From NCBI GenBank assembly GCA_003194425.1, contig PQXB01000001.1:610444-642443 (forward strand): a stretch of DNA of 32,000 nucleotides, written 5' to 3'. Shown here piece by piece: positions 15,128-23,487 of this stretch. The stretch's first letter is position 1. The number at the start of each line of letters is the position of its first letter. Origin of the DNA: Candidatus Methanophagaceae archaeon. Lineage in GTDB: Archaea > Halobacteriota > Syntropharchaeia > Alkanophagales > Methanospirareceae. A program made the translations under genes and the position numbers. The notes under the pieces are model-generated. The model saw only the letters and a program-made list of their open reading frames with translations. It had not been told where the DNA came from and ran no database searches.

Positions 15128-15836
15128 GAAAATAGTACCTGCTGTTGTTTTTGGTGTAGTTTACGCAGCGTTAATTTTAGTCGGCTGGGGACTTGAAGAT
15201 GTGGGTGGCTTCTTCTCGCACCTCGCAAGGACGACACTCTTTGCGGTTACGATTTCTGCGAACACGCTGACGATGTTGTTCAAAGACAAATTTAATGTAG
15301 AATTTTTTAAAAAGGGAGAAAAAGAAGACCCGAAAGAGAAATTGACGGGAGTGGCGTTGCCGACTTTAATTGGATTTCTGATAATGCTCGTTGCTCCTTT
15401 TTTGGACAGCCACAATTTTCTCACCCTAAACGGCGGAGATATTTTGCGATATTTTGGGCTGTTCCTCTTTCTTGTTGGCTATATTTTTATGATTTGGGCG
15501 CCGCTGCATTTAGGGAAGCAGTTTAGCGGGCTGGTTACAGTACAGGAAGAGCACGAATTAATTACTGACGGTCCGTTTCGGTACATTCGGCACCCGAGGT
15601 ACAGCGGAATTATCCTGTGGATTTTCGGGGTTGCCCTGATTTTTGTTTCTACTGCGGCACTGGTGCTGGCGGTTTTGATGGCGGTGTTAATGCTGCTGCG
15701 GATTCCGAAGGAAGAGAAGATGCTGCACGAGGAGTTTGGGGGCGAGTGGGAGGACTACTGCAGGCGGACGGCTAAAAAATCTTTTAATCGTCCGAGTCCT
15801 TGCTCCTGGCGGACTTTTCCTGCTGTTAATATTTGA
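15120..15836 (+). CDS. Isoprenylcysteine carboxyl methyltransferase / phospholipid methyltransferase family membrane protein
   Basis: Multi-TM protein with ..FRYIRHPRYSGIILW.. (RHPxYxG motif) and ..EEKMLHEEFGGEWEDY... ATG 15120 follows AAGGAGGGGGGAGG. It overlaps the upstream stop by 8 nt (ATGTTTAA). Confidence 0.75.
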   Translation: MFKKIVPAVVFGVVYAALILVGWGLEDVGGFFSHLARTTLFAVTISANTLTMLFKDKFNVEFFKKGEKEDPKEKLTGVALPTLIGFLIMLVAPFLDSHNFLTLNGGDILRYFGLFLFLVGYIFMIWAPLHLGKQFSGLVTVQEEHELITDGPFRYIRHPRYSGIILWIFGVALIFVSTAALVLAVLMAVLMLLRIPKEEKMLHEEFGGEWEDYCRRTAKKSFNRPSPCSWRTFPAVNI

Positions 15837-16085
15837 CTAACTTTGTTCCTGACTGAAGGTAGGGTCATTCTCGCGGTGGAAGCGTTCAGAGTGGACTTTA
15901 CGGCGATTCTGAAATGCGAGATGATGCAGTGAAGTAAAAAAGTTTGACCCTGCGTTGGTTAAAGACCCCGCCAAATTGTCTGTAGATTTTACTTCAGAAC
16001 TGCACTTGGTTCTGCCCGAGACCGAGGAGTTTAACAGCCGGGATTTAACAAGAAGTAGAAAAGAGGAGCTAGAAGAGGCGGAGAG

Positions 16086-16532
16086 GTGAGCGGAGAGGTG
16101 CTGATAAAAGACATTAAAAACTGCGAGTATTTTCGGGTGTTGGACAATTCAAGCCTCTGCGAGCTTCTGCAGGTTGCCAAAGACAAGGAGGCTCGCTGCA
16201 GCGTTAGCAGCGTTAGCCTTGCTCACGCGATTGTAAAGCCCGGCGAGACCACGCTGCCGCACAAGTTAAAGACTTCTGCGGAGGTGTATTTTATTTTAGA
16301 GGGGGCGGGAAGGATGAAAATAGAGGACGAAACTGCGGAAGTTCGCCCTGGTCAAGCAGTTTACATTCCGCCAAATTCAAGACAGTGCATTCAAAACACA
16401 GGGAGTTCGGATTTGAAGTTCTTGTGTGTTGTTTCTCCGATGTGGCGGAAGGAGGACGATTGTTTTTTGTCTTCTACCCGTACTAATTTAGGTCAAGGAA
16501 AAGTAGAAACTAAAAATGAAAATGAAGATTGA
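16086..16532 (+). CDS. Cupin-domain protein
   Basis: The ..PGETTLPHKLKTSAEVYFILEGAGRMKIEDETAEVRPGQAVYIPPNSRQCIQNTG.. pattern is typical of cupin_2. The GTG start is uncertain (16086 or 16098). Confidence 0.7.
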   Translation: MSGEVLIKDIKNCEYFRVLDNSSLCELLQVAKDKEARCSVSSVSLAHAIVKPGETTLPHKLKTSAEVYFILEGAGRMKIEDETAEVRPGQAVYIPPNSRQCIQNTGSSDLKFLCVVSPMWRKEDDCFLSSTRTNLGQGKVETKNENED

Positions 16533-17463
16533 GGAGACTTATTGCGAGGCGTTTGAGGGGTTGTTCGTGCGGCTGTGCGTAACTGCTGGAGACGAGAAGA
16601 GGCTGAAGCGGGCGGCTTACAGTGCCACTGCGCTGCCCTGCACGGTCTTTGGCGAGTCGGAGGGCGGGGTGGAGAAGTGGTTGAACGAGGGCGAGGGCGA
16701 AGGTGAGAACGAGACGCCGGACGGCAGAGTAGGTGCGTTGGTTCAAGTGTGGGTGAATTCTGATTCTGCGGTGGAGGTGGGAACGGCTAAAAGGCTGGAG
16801 TACGAGGTCTCGAAGCGGATTCGGCAGGGGGTGCTGGTCGTGCCTACGACCGCGGTTTTCAACGCGTTTCCGACCACTCACGCGGACGGGAAAATTGACA
16901 CGATGCAGAGGGTAGGGCACTGCGGCGACGGACACGAGACGGTCGATCAGAGGTTTGGACGGGAGGTGGTGGCGGTGCCGATAATGATGGGCGAGTTCCT
17001 CGTGGAGCGTTATTTGGGGTACGGGAAAGGCGTGATGGGCGGGAACTTGTGGTTCTTCTGCGAGAGCTTGGAGTCGGCGTTAGAAGCGGGGGAGAAGGCA
17101 GTCGCAGCAGTGAACGGCGTAGAGGGCGCCGTCGCTCCGTTCGAGATTTGCGCCGCGGGGTCAAAGCCGGAGACGAAATATCCTGAAATCGGTCCGACGA
17201 CCAACCACCTTTACTGCCCCTCGCTAAAGCGTAGGTTAAGAGGGAGCGAGTCGAAGGTCCCTGCGGGAGTGAATTTTATTCCCGAGGTCGTCATAAACGG
17301 CGTCTCACTCGACGCTGTGCGAGAAGCGATGCGAGCGGCGGTAGAGAGCGTGCAGGACGTTAAGGGCGTAGTAAAGGTTTCGGCAGGGAATTACGGGGGT
17401 AAATTGGGACGCTACAAAATTTATTTAGACGAACTTTTAAGTTTAAGAAAGCGGGGTGATTAA
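16516..17463 (+). CDS. ftr: Formylmethanofuran--tetrahydromethanopterin N-formyltransferase family protein
   Basis: Family landmarks are present: ETPDGR, VPIMMGEF, GVMGGNLWF, GPTTNHLYCPSLK, EVVINGVS..AVREAM, VSAGNYGGKLGRYKIYL. Contains a low-complexity EGEGEGENE insert. Confidence 0.8.
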   Translation: MKMKIEETYCEAFEGLFVRLCVTAGDEKRLKRAAYSATALPCTVFGESEGGVEKWLNEGEGEGENETPDGRVGALVQVWVNSDSAVEVGTAKRLEYEVSKRIRQGVLVVPTTAVFNAFPTTHADGKIDTMQRVGHCGDGHETVDQRFGREVVAVPIMMGEFLVERYLGYGKGVMGGNLWFFCESLESALEAGEKAVAAVNGVEGAVAPFEICAAGSKPETKYPEIGPTTNHLYCPSLKRRLRGSESKVPAGVNFIPEVVINGVSLDAVREAMRAAVESVQDVKGVVKVSAGNYGGKLGRYKIYLDELLSLRKRGD

Positions 17464-18301
17464 AATTATCGACATTCACTGCCACCTGACATTTGAGCAG
17501 TACAACGCCGACCGGGAGCAGGTAGTGGCGGGTGCGAAGAAGGTCTTGAAGGCTGTGGTGACGAGCGGAGTAGAGCCTGGAGATGCGAGGCTTGCGTTGG
17601 AACTTTCAGAGAGGCACGAGGGCTTTGTTTTTGCTACGCTTGGACTTCACCCAATTCACGTGGCGGGGCTGACAGGTCAGGAAGTAGGGGAGTACGCGGA
17701 GTTTGTAAGCGAGAACCGGCGGAGAATCGTGGGCATCGGCGAGGTCGGGCTTGACTACCACTGGGTGCGAGACCCGTTGAAGGTAAAGAGGACGAAGGAG
17801 GTTTTTGTGGAGTTTTTGGGGCTTGCAAAGGAACTGGGTCTGCCGGTTGTTCTTCACTTACGCGGGTCGGGCAGCGGGTCGGGCAGCGGGACAAGTAGCG
17901 GGGCGTTAGAGGAGGGTTTGAAGACTCTTTTGGACGAGGACATAAAAAAAGGAAAAGCGGTCTTTCACTGCTTCACCGGTAAACCGCAGCTTGCGGAGCG
18001 GATTTGCGAGGAGGGGTATTTCGTCTCGCTGCCCGCGTCGATTGTGAGGAGCAAGACGATGAAGAAGGTGGCGAAGCGAATTCCGCTCTCGTCTCTGCTC
18101 ACCGAGACCGACGCTCCTTACCTCTCGCCGGTGGAAGTGGAGGTGGAGGGAGAGGGGGCGGAGAAGAGGAGAAGGAATGTTCCGCAGAATGTGAAAGCGG
18201 TGTACGAGGAGGTTGCGAGGCAGAGGAAGACCGAGGTTCCTGCAGTGGAGCGGGAAGTAGAGCGGAACTTTGAGCGGGTGTTTGGGGTTGTGGTGAGATG
18301 A
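17456..18301 (+). CDS. tatD: TatD-family metal-dependent hydrolase/DNase
   Basis: IIDIHCHL, GLHP, IGEVGLDYH, PVVLHLR, FHCFTG and TETDAPYL motifs are present. GTG start at 17456, overlapping the ftr stop. Confidence 0.85.
   Translation: MIKIIDIHCHLTFEQYNADREQVVAGAKKVLKAVVTSGVEPGDARLALELSERHEGFVFATLGLHPIHVAGLTGQEVGEYAEFVSENRRRIVGIGEVGLDYHWVRDPLKVKRTKEVFVEFLGLAKELGLPVVLHLRGSGSGSGSGTSSGALEEGLKTLLDEDIKKGKAVFHCFTGKPQLAERICEEGYFVSLPASIVRSKTMKKVAKRIPLSSLLTETDAPYLSPVEVEVEGEGAEKRRRNVPQNVKAVYEEVARQRKTEVPAVEREVERNFERVFGVVVR
17864..17890 (+). repeat. 12-bp tandem repeat (gggtcgggcagc x2.25) giving GSGSGSGSG directly after the HLR motif of TatD
   Basis: Copies at 17864-17875 and 17876-17887, plus ggg. 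Confidence 0.9.
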
Positions 18302-18312
18302 CAATAATTCAA

Positions 18313-18921
18313 TTACTCTTCTCGTTTTGGTCGAAAATTTTCCACAGCTTTGATTGTTCGTCGTAAACTGAGTGAAGTGTGCATAGCTTCATTTGGGTTC
18401 CAGACCTTTTCAACGAAAGATATTAAACAACCGTTGTAGTTTGGACCCTGCTTTGCGGTACTTCCTCGGGTTGGCACGATATCTTCCTGCAATTTCCGTT
18501 TGCGTGATTTCCTGACGAGATTGATCAGATATTCCTTAGGATCATCGATCTCATCAACATCCACAGGAACCTGCTCCTTCTTGATACCAAGAAATTTGGC
18601 GAAATGATCGCGGTCTGCAAGAACCCAGGATTCGACCTCCCGCACAGCCACACGAAAGAGCAGATTGTGATGCGGGGTAGAAACTGACAGCCACTTTTTT
18701 ATGAGCTTTGGCGGACACTCCTCTCTGTCAAGGTCTGTCAGCACTAGAAAAGGCATTCCTTTTGCGGCGTTATTGAATCCGCGGATGTTCTTTTTAAGAT
18801 AACCAAATCCCCTTTTTTTGTAACAGTCGCTCACTGTGTACTTGGCGGGAAGCAGTTTTCTAAGAACAGCTTCGCTTAAGTCGTCTTCGACAGCAAGGTT
18901 GATTGATATGTCCAAGTTCAT
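18313..18921 (-). CDS. TOPRIM/OLD-nuclease-like small protein (DUF4276 / RloB / DUF4435-type)
   Basis: 202 aa with an N-terminal acidic motif (NLAVEDDLSEAVL), a DxD-type motif (FLVLTDLDREECP) and REVESWVLAD. This order and spacing match split TOPRIM partners of ABC ATPases. The start is directly adjacent to the upstream stop (18921/18922). Confidence 0.6.
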   Translation of the reverse strand: MNLDISINLAVEDDLSEAVLRKLLPAKYTVSDCYKKRGFGYLKKNIRGFNNAAKGMPFLVLTDLDREECPPKLIKKWLSVSTPHHNLLFRVAVREVESWVLADRDHFAKFLGIKKEQVPVDVDEIDDPKEYLINLVRKSRKRKLQEDIVPTRGSTAKQGPNYNGCLISFVEKVWNPNEAMHTSLSLRRTIKAVENFRPKREE

Positions 18922-20100
18922 TTAAAAAAGCTCCGTCTGATAATCCGTCTGATAAAAATCTTTTATATTCTTTGGTACAGTTTTCGGCAAAACCGCGTCA
19001 GCTATGCTCAAACCCCCTTCCAGCAAATCCCGGATTTCCCGGATCGAGGAAGCTACCTTGACCTCGGTTCCCTCTGCACTTGGCGAAAGGATTAAGACCT
19101 CCTCGCCACCGATCCCTTTATCTGACAACAGTTCTGCACTGTGGGTGCTGAGGATCACCTGCCTTCTCTGCCGAGATTTTTTCTGTTGCTGTAATCGGTG
19201 CATCAAAGCGGGCAATTTACTGACAATCCCTGAATTCAACGACAGCTCTGGCTCCTCCAGCAGCAGCAAAGAATCTCCGTCCAAGAGTGACCAGAGTAAC
19301 CCGATCAGACGCAAAGTTCCATCAGAAAACTGGTCTTCACGTTGCTTAACTCCTCTTCGTCTCCAGTGCTCATAAGTTGCTTCTAGATGTGGAAAGCCTA
19401 CTTCGTCCTTTGTCTCAGTAAGATTCTTCAATTGTGGAACCGCTACACGCAATGCCTCTTCAATCTTTTTTAGGAGGCGTTCACGCTTTTTCTCAGTTGT
19501 TCTGGCAACACGCTCCAGAAAGTTCCGCCCGTACGGATCTCCTGGAATGGTCGGTCCTGGAAAAGCACTGGGGTTGCGAACAAGTTGCGGGATGAGATGC
19601 AAGTACTGAACAGAGTCAAAAAACTTTGAAATTTCTCTAAACTCTTGATTAAGGCTAATCTGCTCGAGATGTGTCTGGGTCAGGCGTAGTTTGTCCTGCT
19701 CATCATTAGAGTCGGGTCGAGTGAGTATCTGCTGGTTCCCCTTCCACACCTTCTCGTAAGTAAGGAGCGTGTCGTGGCGACCACGAACCTCCTGCTTAAT
19801 TCCTAATGCATATTTCCACAACGTCTCTTTAGTAGCGGATTTTGCAAGGGAAACTTCTATTTCAACATTGGGCTTCTTGCGTGCTGCGAGGCAGCGTATC
19901 TTGGATAAACCTCCGCGGTCACTGATTGCTTTCTGCAGACCACCTCCTGGCTTGGCGATGTCTCGGAGGAAGCGGAAGACATCAAGGAAATTTGATTTAC
20001 CTGAAGCGTTGGGACCAACCAGAAAGACACGATTGCCCAGTTCAACATCGACTGATTGGAAATTGCGCCAGTTTTTCAGGACGATGTGGGAGACGATCAT
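18922..20100 (-). CDS. ABC/SMC-like AAA ATPase (AAA_15/AAA_21-type), partner of the TOPRIM-like protein
   Basis: Walker A is VGPNASGKSN (19990-20019). A signature-like FSDGTLRLIGLL is present. Walker B is SLLLLEEPE and the H-loop is LSTHS. Confidence 0.85.
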   Translation of the reverse strand: MIVSHIVLKNWRNFQSVDVELGNRVFLVGPNASGKSNFLDVFRFLRDIAKPGGGLQKAISDRGGLSKIRCLAARKKPNVEIEVSLAKSATKETLWKYALGIKQEVRGRHDTLLTYEKVWKGNQQILTRPDSNDEQDKLRLTQTHLEQISLNQEFREISKFFDSVQYLHLIPQLVRNPSAFPGPTIPGDPYGRNFLERVARTTEKKRERLLKKIEEALRVAVPQLKNLTETKDEVGFPHLEATYEHWRRRGVKQREDQFSDGTLRLIGLLWSLLDGDSLLLLEEPELSLNSGIVSKLPALMHRLQQQKKSRQRRQVILSTHSAELLSDKGIGGEEVLILSPSAEGTEVKVASSIREIRDLLEGGLSIADAVLPKTVPKNIKDFYQTDYQTELF

Positions 20101-20123
20101 TGTTCCATTTAACTAAAAAGCCC

Positions 20124-20133
20124 AAATAAAAAT
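20124..20133 (-). promoter_or_regulatory. TATA-like box (ATTTTTATTT on the minus strand) 24-33 nt upstream of the ATPase ATG, in the 40-nt gap after arcS
   Basis: Position and sequence only. Suggests a dedicated, possibly leaderless, promoter. Confidence 0.35.
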
Positions 20134-20140
20134 CCTCGGT

Positions 20141-21943
20141 TTAAATTTCCTCCACCTCCCGCACCTGCACTGCCACGCCCCTTCGCGACTCTACCATTTC
20201 CCAGCCGCTCATTTTCGCCCTGCCAACGCCGAACGCCTTCTCGCCACAAAACACAACCTCGTCGTTCTCCCTGATTTCAGGGTCCGCGTTTACAACCCCC
20301 GGCGCCAAGACCGAACCCTTAGGAACGAAATCACCGATTTCCACTTTGTAAGAAGAGCGAGGCGAGAGGAAATTTGCGATTCTTCGGGCTCCCTTTACCG
20401 TAAGAGCCAGCGTCCCGAATTCAGGCACGATTCTCGCAAGAACTTCGCCCTTCGAGCTGAGTTTGTAGAAAGGGAACTTCCCGGTTATTTTCATTCTTTC
20501 ACCCTCTTTTTTCTTTGGTAAATTTTTTTTTAAAGAAAGGTTTCCCACAAGCCCGCTGCCTGCACCGAGACCGAACTGAAAGTCAGCCAACGCTTTTACC
20601 ACCCCGGCTTTCAACTCAAACCCCGTCAACCTCTGTTTCTCGCCGCACAACTCGGCTACTACTTCTTTCAGCCTGCTCAAACCCTCTTTTGAACACACAG
20701 CGGTAGTCGCTTCCTCGCCTCTTTCTCCTTCGCAGGTCTGCACAATCTCTACGCCCAACTCCGCTGCAACGCCTGAACAAATTTCTCTTGCTGCACCGCC
20801 GAGGTGTGCGACCACTACCGCCGATTCGTAATTTTGGAGGTTCCGCTCAAGGTACGCCCGCAGGCACGAGGCTACCCACGCCCGCTCCTCCGCGTCCCAG
20901 TAGCCCGTCACGGGAATGTCGTAGAACGCTGCGGGGTAAGCCAACTCAAGCTCTCTCGGGACAACGCCAAGCGGAGAAGTCAAAATCAACTCGTGCAGGC
21001 AGCCTCTGAAATCCGCAACCGCCTCAACGAACTTCCTGTGCGACTGCGACGCCGAGTAAGGCTTCCTCGCCGAGCACGGTAGCAGCACCAAAACCCGCCT
21101 CCCCGCAGGCGGTTCGTACCGCTCCTGCACACGCCTCGCAAACCGCCTCACCTCAACTCGCTTCAGCGACTCCATCGTGTTCGCCTTCAACTGCACACCC
21201 CGCCGAGCAACAGGCGTCCTGCGTTCAAAATACACCTCCGCCTCGCTGTCCAAAATCCGCAGCACCGCGGTCAAAAACACCGACGACCTTACCTTCTGCT
21301 CCACGTACTCTCGCAAAGTCCCTGCCCTCACGCGTGCCCTCACTTTCTTCACCTCCTTCTCAAGCAGCAGCGTGTTGTGCCTTGCGAGCAGCAACGCCCG
21401 TTTCCTACCCGCCTTCTTCCGCAATTCCCCCGCACTCAACGAACTGCAAACACTGCAGTTGCACGGCAACTCCTCCAAACTCTCCAACCTCTCTTCTCCC
21501 TCTTCCGTCTGGTAAATCCCCCCGTAGCCTTTCAGCACCGCGTTCGTGTTGTCCACTAAATCTACGCCCGCGTAAAAGAGAACCGCGGCATTCTCTGCAG
21601 TCGCTACCCCAGGCACCCACAACGCCGCATCCGGCGGAATTCGCTCCCTCGCCCCGACAATTCTCCGAGCAAAATCCCGCGGGCTGTTGAGCAACGCAGA
21701 AGCGAACGCGAGAACGAAGAAATCTCCCGATTGGGAATTCCCAGCCTCAAAGAAAGGGTGAACTTCTGGCAAGAGCACCGCACCGACCGCTCCTCGCGGA
21801 ACTTCGCCTCGCCCTTCTTTACTCTCCCAATAAGTCAAAGATTCTACCCGCAACATCAACGGCGTTTGCACAACCTCGTTTAGCTGCAGTCGTCCGATTC
21901 TCGCCGCTCCGTCCTTCTGCCGCACCTCGTAAAACCTGCTCAT
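20141..21943 (-). CDS. arcS: Archaeosine synthase alpha subunit (TGT-like N-domain + DUF5591 + PUA)
   Basis: N-terminus is MSRFYEVRQKDGAARIGRL..QTP (TGT-like). A CNCSVCSS zinc motif is present. LLPCSARKPYSASQSH matches the PCSxxKPY motif of ArcS. The C-terminal PUA-like region is ..GDFVPKGSVLAPGVVNADPEIRENDEVV... Confidence 0.8.
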   Translation of the reverse strand: MSRFYEVRQKDGAARIGRLQLNEVVQTPLMLRVESLTYWESKEGRGEVPRGAVGAVLLPEVHPFFEAGNSQSGDFFVLAFASALLNSPRDFARRIVGARERIPPDAALWVPGVATAENAAVLFYAGVDLVDNTNAVLKGYGGIYQTEEGEERLESLEELPCNCSVCSSLSAGELRKKAGRKRALLLARHNTLLLEKEVKKVRARVRAGTLREYVEQKVRSSVFLTAVLRILDSEAEVYFERRTPVARRGVQLKANTMESLKRVEVRRFARRVQERYEPPAGRRVLVLLPCSARKPYSASQSHRKFVEAVADFRGCLHELILTSPLGVVPRELELAYPAAFYDIPVTGYWDAEERAWVASCLRAYLERNLQNYESAVVVAHLGGAAREICSGVAAELGVEIVQTCEGERGEEATTAVCSKEGLSRLKEVVAELCGEKQRLTGFELKAGVVKALADFQFGLGAGSGLVGNLSLKKNLPKKKEGERMKITGKFPFYKLSSKGEVLARIVPEFGTLALTVKGARRIANFLSPRSSYKVEIGDFVPKGSVLAPGVVNADPEIRENDEVVFCGEKAFGVGRAKMSGWEMVESRRGVAVQVREVEEI

Positions 21944-23205
21944 CCTTTAAAATACTTCTCTGCGTCTTTGTAATCAAAATTCTCCGCCTCAAGCACGCCC
22001 CTTATAAAATTAAACATTTTCCGCCTCGTCTCCAGCGAAATATTTGGGTACCAGACAGGCGAAGCGACCACGAGCCCGCGGAACGCGTAGAACGGCTGCA
22101 ACACCTCCAACAACTCGTAGTCCCCGCTACTCTTAAGGTAGGTCTCAAAAAACAAGTCGTACAACCGCTTGAAATCACGGTCAACCTCTCGCCCGTCGGT
22201 CTTGAGCAGTCCGAAGAAGAGGTAATTTATCGTCATCGCCGTGACATCGTCCGCCGCCTCGCCCCACTCCCCCCTGCTCCTGTCAAGCACCGTAAAATCC
22301 GTCCCTTCTCCTTCGCGGAAGATTACATTCCAAGGATGAAAATCGCCGTGAACCTGGCACAGCCTTCCCGCTCCCTGCTCCTCTCCCTCTTCTTCCCGCT
22401 CCTTCAGCCTCCACCGCCAGTCTACGCACCTCTTCTCGATCTCCTTCAACTCCTCGCTCGTGATAAACTCGTTTCCAGGCGGGTAGCTGTCTGTAAGCCC
22501 GAAGATGCACTCGCTGTGCCCCACCAGCTCCCGCAGGCGCCGAGCGTAAAGTTCCGCGGTGTCTTTGTCGTTCTTCTTGACCGCGTGAATCTCGGCAAGG
22601 TAGGAAGCCAGTGCAGACGCCCTCTCCTCGTCGCTCTTCTTCAGTTTTCCTCCGTCTCTCAGTCTTTCCAAGTCCTTTACATATTCTTCACCCTCCACTT
22701 TCTCGCAGACAATGAAATACTCCTCCGCGTCGCTAGCCGACTTCATTCTGCCGTCCTTCGTGAAGTAGCCGAGATCCAGGGACTTGACATGCCTCGCGAG
22801 TGTGTTAAACGCGTGGTGCTGCCAAATCAAGACTTGCGCACGGTCCGAGAAATGGTCGTGTCCAAACCCGTTGCCCTTCATCGACGAGACGACCACCTCT
22901 TTTACTTCTTTTCCTCCCCCTCTCTCAAACTCAAACTTCACAAAATACGGCTTCCCGTACCCAAACCCTTTTATTTCCTGCCCTCTCTCCTCTCCTGCCT
23001 TTCCTGCCTCTTCTGCCTTTCCTGCCTCTTCTGCCTTTCCTGCCTTTCCTGCCTCTTCTGCCTTTCCTGCCTTTCCTGCCTCTCCTGCCTCTCCTGCCTC
23101 TCCTGCCTCTCCCTCTGATTCCAGCCCCAACTCCTTTACGCTCGTTATTTTTAACGGTCTTCCCAATTTACTCGCCAAGTAGTCCTGCAGTGCTTCTTGC
23201 AACAT
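21940..23205 (-). CDS. Aminoglycoside-phosphotransferase/choline-kinase-like (APH fold) kinase family protein
   Basis: CQVHGDFHPWNVIF and FTVLDRSRGEWGEAADDV are Brenner/APH motifs. I prefer ATG 23205 (MLQEALQDY) over the track start at 23343. The stop overlaps the arcS ATG (ATGA). Confidence 0.7.
   Translation of the reverse strand: MLQEALQDYLASKLGRPLKITSVKELGLESEGEAGEAGEAGEAGKAGKAEEAGKAGKAEEAGKAEEAGKAGEERGQEIKGFGYGKPYFVKFEFERGGGKEVKEVVVSSMKGNGFGHDHFSDRAQVLIWQHHAFNTLARHVKSLDLGYFTKDGRMKSASDAEEYFIVCEKVEGEEYVKDLERLRDGGKLKKSDEERASALASYLAEIHAVKKNDKDTAELYARRLRELVGHSECIFGLTDSYPPGNEFITSEELKEIEKRCVDWRWRLKEREEEGEEQGAGRLCQVHGDFHPWNVIFREGEGTDFTVLDRSRGEWGEAADDVTAMTINYLFFGLLKTDGREVDRDFKRLYDLFFETYLKSSGDYELLEVLQPFYAFRGLVVASPVWYPNISLETRRKMFNFIRGVLEAENFDYKDAEKYFKG
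22992..23108 (-). repeat. 9-bp tandem repeat x13 (ytyctgcct) encoding (A-G/E-E/K)n near the kinase N-terminus
   Basis: Thirteen consecutive 9-mers were parsed by hand: ctcctgcct, ttcctgcct and cttctgcct variants. Confidence 0.95.
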
Positions 23206-23227
23206 ATTTTTTATTAACTGAAAGCAG

Positions 23228-23237
23228 TGTAAAAAAG
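23228..23237 (-). promoter_or_regulatory. TATA-like box (CTTTTTTACA on the minus strand) 23-32 nt upstream of ATG 23205
   Basis: Position and sequence only. Same spacing as at 13934 and 20124. Confidence 0.3.
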
Positions 23238-23238
23238 T

Positions 23239-23448
23239 ATGGAGAACCTGTTTGAAGACCAGGAAGAAGAGGGAAAGGCGGGCAGGATATTTACAGGCAA
23301 AGAGGTGCTTTGCCCTACCTACATTCCCGAAAACCTCCCGCATCGTGAGAAGCAGGTAAAAAGTTTGAGAGTGTGCAGAGCGTCCAGTCCGTCTAGTCCG
23401 TCCTGCTTGAAAAATATAAACTTAAACCGATTTCTAATATCAAAGTGA
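23239..23448 (+). pseudogene. 5' remnant of an orc1/cdc6 gene (only about the first 43 codons are recognisable)
   Basis: MENLFEDQEEEGKAGRIFTGKEVLCPTYIPENLPHREKQVKSL matches the conserved archaeal Orc1/Cdc6 N-terminus (..F..r.vL.p.YiPe.LpHRe.qi..L). No Walker A follows in any frame. The ORF then degenerates and stops at 23448. Confidence 0.6.
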
Positions 23449-23487
23449 AAACGCAGATAACTTTGTAGAGGAGAAGAGAGAAGAAAA

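Noticed and set aside
15837-16085. A possible small RNA (C/D-box sRNA or tRNA) in the 249-bp gap before the cupin gene
   Set aside because: Only a near-miss C box (gATGATGc at about 15921) is present, with no correctly spaced D box or terminal stem. There is no cloverleaf-compatible pairing.
22336-23182. Plus-strand ORFs of 260 aa and 132 aa opposite the kinase gene
   Set aside because: They are shadows of the kinase CDS and its 9-bp repeat (..CLSCLFCLSCL..). The minus frame carries clear APH motifs.
23206-23343. A 46-codon N-terminal extension of the kinase ORF (track start 23343)
   Set aside because: The extension is hydrophobic junk overlapping the divergent orc1/cdc6 stub and the TATA-like box. 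ATG 23205 (MLQEALQDY) has the same -23 to -32 TATA spacing as two other minus-strand genes.
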